From positions 1 to 12,033 of the forward strand of contig JAHQWL010000004.1 in the NCBI GenBank assembly GCA_029856155.1: DNA of 12,033 nt, read 5' to 3'. Made by a program: the position numbers and the translations under genes. The notes beneath the pieces are model-generated. The model searched no databases. It was not told where the DNA came from and saw only the letters and a program-made list of their open reading frames with translations. The stretch comes from Promethearchaeia archaeon. GTDB lineage: Archaea > Asgardarchaeota > Lokiarchaeia > Sigyniarchaeales > SOKP01. Position 1 is the stretch's first letter; every line of letters begins with the position of its first letter. Shown in pieces: positions 8,393 through 12,033 of this stretch.

Positions 8393-8727
8393 AAAAAAAT
8401 ATGAAAATATTTTTAGAGCATATTCTAGAAGCAATTAATTTAATTGAAGAATATGTTAAAGATAAGGAGAGATCAGATTTTTTGAAATCTATACAACTAC
8501 AAGACTCTGTAATTAGAAGGATAGAAATTATAGGGGAGGCTATTAAAAACATTTCTAGTGAGTTTAAAAGCAGTTATGAGGATATTCCTTGGAAAGAATT
8601 TACAGATATGAGAGATATTCTAATCCATCAATACTTCGGTGTGGATTTAGAACTTACATGGGAAGTTATTAAATTAGACTTGCCGAAATTGAAGAAATCA
8701 ATTATTTCTATAATCAATGAATCTTAA
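8389..8727 (+). CDS. DUF86/HEPN ribonuclease toxin (HepT-type)
   Basis: 112 aa with FLEHILEAI, RRIEIIGEAIK, IPWKE and MRDILIHQYFGVD (R-x4-H-x-Y HEPN motif); translationally coupled to the MNT gene. Confidence 0.93.
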   Translation: MKKNMKIFLEHILEAINLIEEYVKDKERSDFLKSIQLQDSVIRRIEIIGEAIKNISSEFKSSYEDIPWKEFTDMRDILIHQYFGVDLELTWEVIKLDLPKLKKSIISIINES

Positions 8728-8926
8728 AATTTTAGAGGGTTTTCTTCTTCAATTTTTTTTTCAGGAAAATTATTAGTTCTTAGCTTATAACATAATGGTC
8801 TCTTATAAATAAATTCCGTATTCGTATTTAAATAATCTTTAATTCTTGATTTCTTTCTGATGTTTAGATTATATTCATAAAATTATAAAAAATAAGATAA
8901 AAAATAAAATGAAGAATTTAACAATT

Positions 8927-9016
8927 TTATCTTTGCATTAACTCCGGTTTCATTAACACAATAAGTGAAAGAGGGATTATCCAGATTAGTATTGAGAAGA
9001 GTAACATCCATTCTAA
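8927..9016 (-). pseudogene. 3' remnant of a third DUF998-like membrane protein paralog
   Basis: Translates to LEWMLLFSILIWIIPLSLIVLMKPELMQR-TAA, versus LEWMLLFSILVWIIPITLIVLMKNELIPR at the end of 9724..10461. Similarity stops abruptly at about 9016, and an in-frame TGA lies at 9026-9028. Confidence 0.88.
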
Positions 9017-9019
9017 ATT

Positions 9020-9291
9020 ATAAGATCATAGGTAAGACTGATGTTGATAAGTGAGATAAATTTGATAATACTTTATGTAGATCTGCAATGCCATTCCCAG
9101 AATTTACAATACATCAAAAAGAAATAACTTCATATGCTGCAAAACATAGTTATTTTAATTCACCAAAAAGAATTAGTACAAATAAAATAGCAGAGCATTT
9201 TGAAATTTCAGTTTCAGCCGTTAATAAGCTATTATAGAAAGTAGAAAATATAGCAATGGAATTTTTCTTTGGAAAATATCACATTGAATAA
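9020..9291 (+). pseudogene. Degraded 3' part of an HTH_10 (bacterio-opsin activator-type HTH) transcriptional regulator
   Basis: The frame reads YKIIGKTDVDK*DKFDNTLCRSAMPFPEFTIHQKEITSYAAKHSYFNSPKRISTNKIAEHFEISVSAVNKLL*KVENIAMEFFFGKYHIE*. This fits the HTH_10 pattern LT.RQ.E....A...GYF..PR......LA....IS.S.....LR.AE. Internal stops are TGA 9052-9054 and TAG 9235-9237; the final TAA is at 9289-9291. The 5' boundary is approximate. Confidence 0.8.
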
Positions 9292-9389
9292 CACGAATTT
9301 AGAAGTTTTAAAAATAGTAGAAAAATTTCAGATATAATGCTTATAATTTACCATCTATAACCCAACAGAAATAACGTTCTTTATTATCT

Positions 9390-9545
9390 TTAAAGTGGTA
9401 ATGCGATAATTCCTAATATTATAAGATAGAATATTACCGAAATAACAATAAAAGCTGCTAGCCAATTATGAATCCTATCTAACCGTTTATTGATTTTCAT
9501 TAATTCATTTACAATATTATCCTTCGAATCTTGAATTTCACTCAC
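9390..9545 (-). CDS. Small (51 aa) tail-anchored membrane protein, not in the ORF track
   Basis: GTG start 7 nt after AGGAGG (9553-9558). Sequence MSEIQDSKDNIVNELMKINKRLDRIHNWLAAFIVISVIFYLIILGIIALPL-TAA: a polar amphipathic N-terminal half, then about 23 uncharged, mostly hydrophobic residues to the C-terminus. Confidence 0.7.
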   Translation of the reverse strand: MSEIQDSKDNIVNELMKINKRLDRIHNWLAAFIVISVIFYLIILGIIALPL

Positions 9546-9723
9546 GTCATTGCCTCCTATTAATTTAATTAATAATAATTATATTTTAGGAAACACACTC
9601 TTAAAAATCTTCTTTTAAAATGTTAACACAGAAATAATAAAAAAAGTTGTATTATTAAGATTTCAAACGCACATTTCAAAAAAAAATAATATTTTATATT
9701 TAGATTTCTTTCTTCATTTTATT

Positions 9724-10449
9724 TTATCTTGGAATCAACTCATTTTTCATTAGCACAATGAGGGTAATTGGGATTATCCAGACTAATATTGAGAAGAGCA
9801 ACATCCATTCTAACAAGGGAGTGCTATCAATTAAATTCAGAATAGTGACAATTAATGGCCCAAATATTCCATAGATTCCCAAAATTTTTGGTATCTTAGT
9901 ATTATATAATACAATTAACCATCCCATGAAGAAAGCACCAAAAGTAAAGCCCCCAAAAGCGAGATAAGACATAATACCGTGCGGTCCTTGTCCTAAGACT
10001 CTTAATGCATCATAATCACGATCTGCACTGAATATTCCTACCCCAATATAACCAAAATTCCCTATAAGGCTAAAAAAAAAAGCAAAACTGCTTAAGCGAA
10101 AACGTAATCTAGAGTAATGATGTTCTTTCAATTCATTTCTTTTAGGTAATGGAGCAAGTAATTTTTCCATATAGTACGTAAGTGGAATAGTCATCGATCC
10201 CGCTATGATACAAGCAATATCATATAAAAATGGAGCGGGAGTGTGATTACTTGATCCTAAATCAGAAATCCAATTATCCCAAATAGTATATCCATCTGGA
10301 TCAAGAACCGCTGCTATGATAACGCCTATTATTAGCAATAAAATATATCCCACCATAACGATCATAGCACTGAGTTTCACAACATTGAACTTTGTCGCAA
10401 AATTGTATAATTTTGCTCTTATTTCATTAATTGATTCGCGTACTGTCAT
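9724..10449 (-). CDS. DUF998-like multi-pass membrane protein (paralog 1)
   Basis: About 6 hydrophobic segments with GYTIWDNWISDLG, GVGIFSAD and a conserved His (HGIMS). Start placed at Met5 of the track ORF (10449) because MTVRESINEIRAKLYN aligns with MPIRQSINKTRAKFYN of the neighbour; 10461 is the alternative start. Confidence 0.8.
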   Translation of the reverse strand: MTVRESINEIRAKLYNFATKFNVVKLSAMIVMVGYILLLIIGVIIAAVLDPDGYTIWDNWISDLGSSNHTPAPFLYDIACIIAGSMTIPLTYYMEKLLAPLPKRNELKEHHYSRLRFRLSSFAFFFSLIGNFGYIGVGIFSADRDYDALRVLGQGPHGIMSYLAFGGFTFGAFFMGWLIVLYNTKIPKILGIYGIFGPLIVTILNLIDSTPLLEWMLLFSILVWIIPITLIVLMKNELIPR

Positions 10450-10569
10450 AATAGTGTTCATTTTCTATTTTTATTAATTATAGTTGACTTAAGCGAATAT
10501 AAATGTAATTATATTTTAGAGATTTTTAATATTCAGCGTAAAAGAAGTTTTTAAAAAAAAAAGTATTTT

Positions 10570-11289
10570 TTATTTTGGTCTTAATTCTGATTTTTGCATT
10601 ATCATAAATACAAGTGGTATTATCCATAGAAGAATCGAGAATAATAATATCCATTCCCATAATGCTTCCATCGTATAAAGAAAAGCAAATAGCATACTTG
10701 GTGGTCCTATTATTCCATAAATTCCAAATAATTTTGGTATTTTAGTATCATAAAGTACAATAATCCATCCAATAAAGAAGGCTCCTAATGCAAATCCAGT
10801 GAATGAGAAAAAGGAGAATACATCATGATAACTTGCGAAATCTAATAAAGGATAATTCCGATCTTCGCTAAAAATCCCCACAAAAATATAACCTATATTT
10901 CCCATCAAACTAAAGAAAAATGCATTACTCCCTAGTCTAAATCTTAGGCGTGAAAAGTGCTGTTCTCGTAAATTCTTCCTTTCTGGTAATGGAGCAAATA
11001 AATTTTCAATGTAAAATGTTAATGGGATAGTCATAATTCCCGCGAATATACATGCGATATCAAAAATAATTGGTACAGGAGTATAATGACTTCCTCCCAA
11101 ATCTGAAATCATACGTGTCCAAATAGTATATCCATAAAGGCCCCATATCGCTGCTATGATAACTGCAATTAGAAGAAGCGAAAGATAAATTGCTATTACG
11201 ATAATCGAACTTTTCTTGATAAAGTTATAATTAGTGACTATATTGTAAAATTTAGCTCTTGTCTTATTTATAGATTGACGTATTGGCAT
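10570..11289 (-). CDS. DUF998-like multi-pass membrane protein (paralog 2)
   Basis: GYTIWTRMISDLGGSHYTP, FVGIFSED, YHDVFS and WEWILLFSILLWIIP; collinear with paralog 1 over its full length. Confidence 0.8.
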   Translation of the reverse strand: MPIRQSINKTRAKFYNIVTNYNFIKKSSIIVIAIYLSLLLIAVIIAAIWGLYGYTIWTRMISDLGGSHYTPVPIIFDIACIFAGIMTIPLTFYIENLFAPLPERKNLREQHFSRLRFRLGSNAFFFSLMGNIGYIFVGIFSEDRNYPLLDFASYHDVFSFFSFTGFALGAFFIGWIIVLYDTKIPKLFGIYGIIGPPSMLFAFLYTMEALWEWILLFSILLWIIPLVFMIMQKSELRPK

Positions 11290-11426
11290 AGTAATTTACA
11301 TACTTTATGTTTTTTTAATTCTATGAAAAAATAACTTCAATTTTATTGAATAAATAGAGAATTAGATTTAAATGAAAATTTATAAAAAAAAAATCTTAAA
11401 ATTTTTAAAATTACATCGTAATAGCT

Positions 11427-11912
11427 TTATGTGATATTATTTCTCAATTTTCTATGTATTAGAGTAAGAAATACAATTACAGAAATTCCTAAAATAACCG
11501 ATAATCCGAAATAACCCGGAATTTGTGGGCCTCCATCTGTTGGACAGCCACCGACACCTATGATAAGACATACTGAAGCAGAACCACCTTGGTTACACGT
11601 AGCGGTTACCTTAACTTTGTCATTAGTGCCAGCTGTTATATTGTATGTATAATAAAAATTGTTCGCAGTTGGTTGGCTTGTATAAGTTTCAGTTATTACT
11701 ATGATATCGTTAACCTCAACTACCACTTTCGATATGTAGTGAACATTTGGATCATCAACTGGATGAGAAATTCCTACAGTAATGGAACTAGGGTTCGAGT
11801 GATAACTCAAATTCATAGAATATGGTTGGTGAGCTCTTGCATTTTGAGTTCCAACCAATGTAGCGGCTATAAAAAAGATTAATAATACAAAATATAGTTT
11901 TTTTTGTGACAT
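11427..11912 (-). CDS. Secreted beta-sandwich protein with SOR/desulfoferrodoxin-like His/Cys motifs and a Loki-CTERM-like C-terminal sorting signal
   Basis: Signal peptide MSQKK-hydrophobic-ARA|HQP, a beta-strand-like core with HPVDDPNVHYI and ATCNQGG, and a C-terminal GGPQIPGY + TM helix + HRKLR. GGAGA lies upstream of the ATG. Confidence 0.75.
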   Translation of the reverse strand: MSQKKLYFVLLIFFIAATLVGTQNARAHQPYSMNLSYHSNPSSITVGISHPVDDPNVHYISKVVVEVNDIIVITETYTSQPTANNFYYTYNITAGTNDKVKVTATCNQGGSASVCLIIGVGGCPTDGGPQIPGYFGLSVILGISVIVFLTLIHRKLRNNIT

Positions 11913-12033
11913 TTTTCTCCAATTTTAACTATTAGATTTTTATTATGAACTATTCAGACAAAATTTTATTTAAATATTCCTCTTTACGATGACGCAAATG
12001 TCAGAAATTGCCTTAGACTTCTGAAAAATAATG

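Noticed and set aside
9052-9237. TGA (9052) and TAG (9235) in the HTH_10 frame as Sec/Pyl recoding
   Set aside because: Two different stop types, neither at a Cys or catalytic position. TAG sits where Lys/Arg is expected, and the gene lacks its 5' end, so decay is the simpler explanation.
11589-11882. 97-aa plus-strand ORF
   Set aside because: Antisense to the secreted protein gene, which has a coherent signal peptide and anchor.
11940-12033. Possible gene end or start at the right edge
   Set aside because: Only short open frames with no recognisable motif; cannot be called without flanking sequence.
1-12033. CRISPR array, tRNA/rRNA (including tRNA-Sec) or IS element
   Set aside because: I saw no regularly spaced repeats with spacers, no GC-rich structured RNA segment, and no transposase or terminal inverted repeats.

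Overview
AT-rich archaeal window, most likely from an Asgard archaeon (Lokiarchaeia). That assignment is inferred from a Loki-CTERM-like IPGY-TM-basic tail, a TGA-recoded HdrA and a giant helical-repeat protein. The main result is one the ORF track misses: a minus-strand heterodisulfide reductase subunit A gene (1528 to <1, at least 509 codons) read in a single frame. It is interrupted only by four in-frame TGA codons, each at a conserved HdrA cysteine position, so it is a putative four-selenocysteine HdrA. The rest of the window holds: a 1279-aa alpha-solenoid/TPR protein fused to a nitrilase domain with an intact E-K-C triad; an extended SDR/epimerase and a PadR regulator sharing a 15-bp-period ATATATC operator-like motif; an MNT-HEPN toxin-antitoxin pair; a probable deletion scar joining the 3' remnants of a DUF998 paralog and an HTH_10 regulator; an unannotated 51-aa tail-anchored protein; two tandem DUF998-like membrane proteins; and a secreted, C-terminally anchored protein with superoxide-reductase-like His/Cys motifs. 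All calls come from manual translation and motif recognition; no searches were run.
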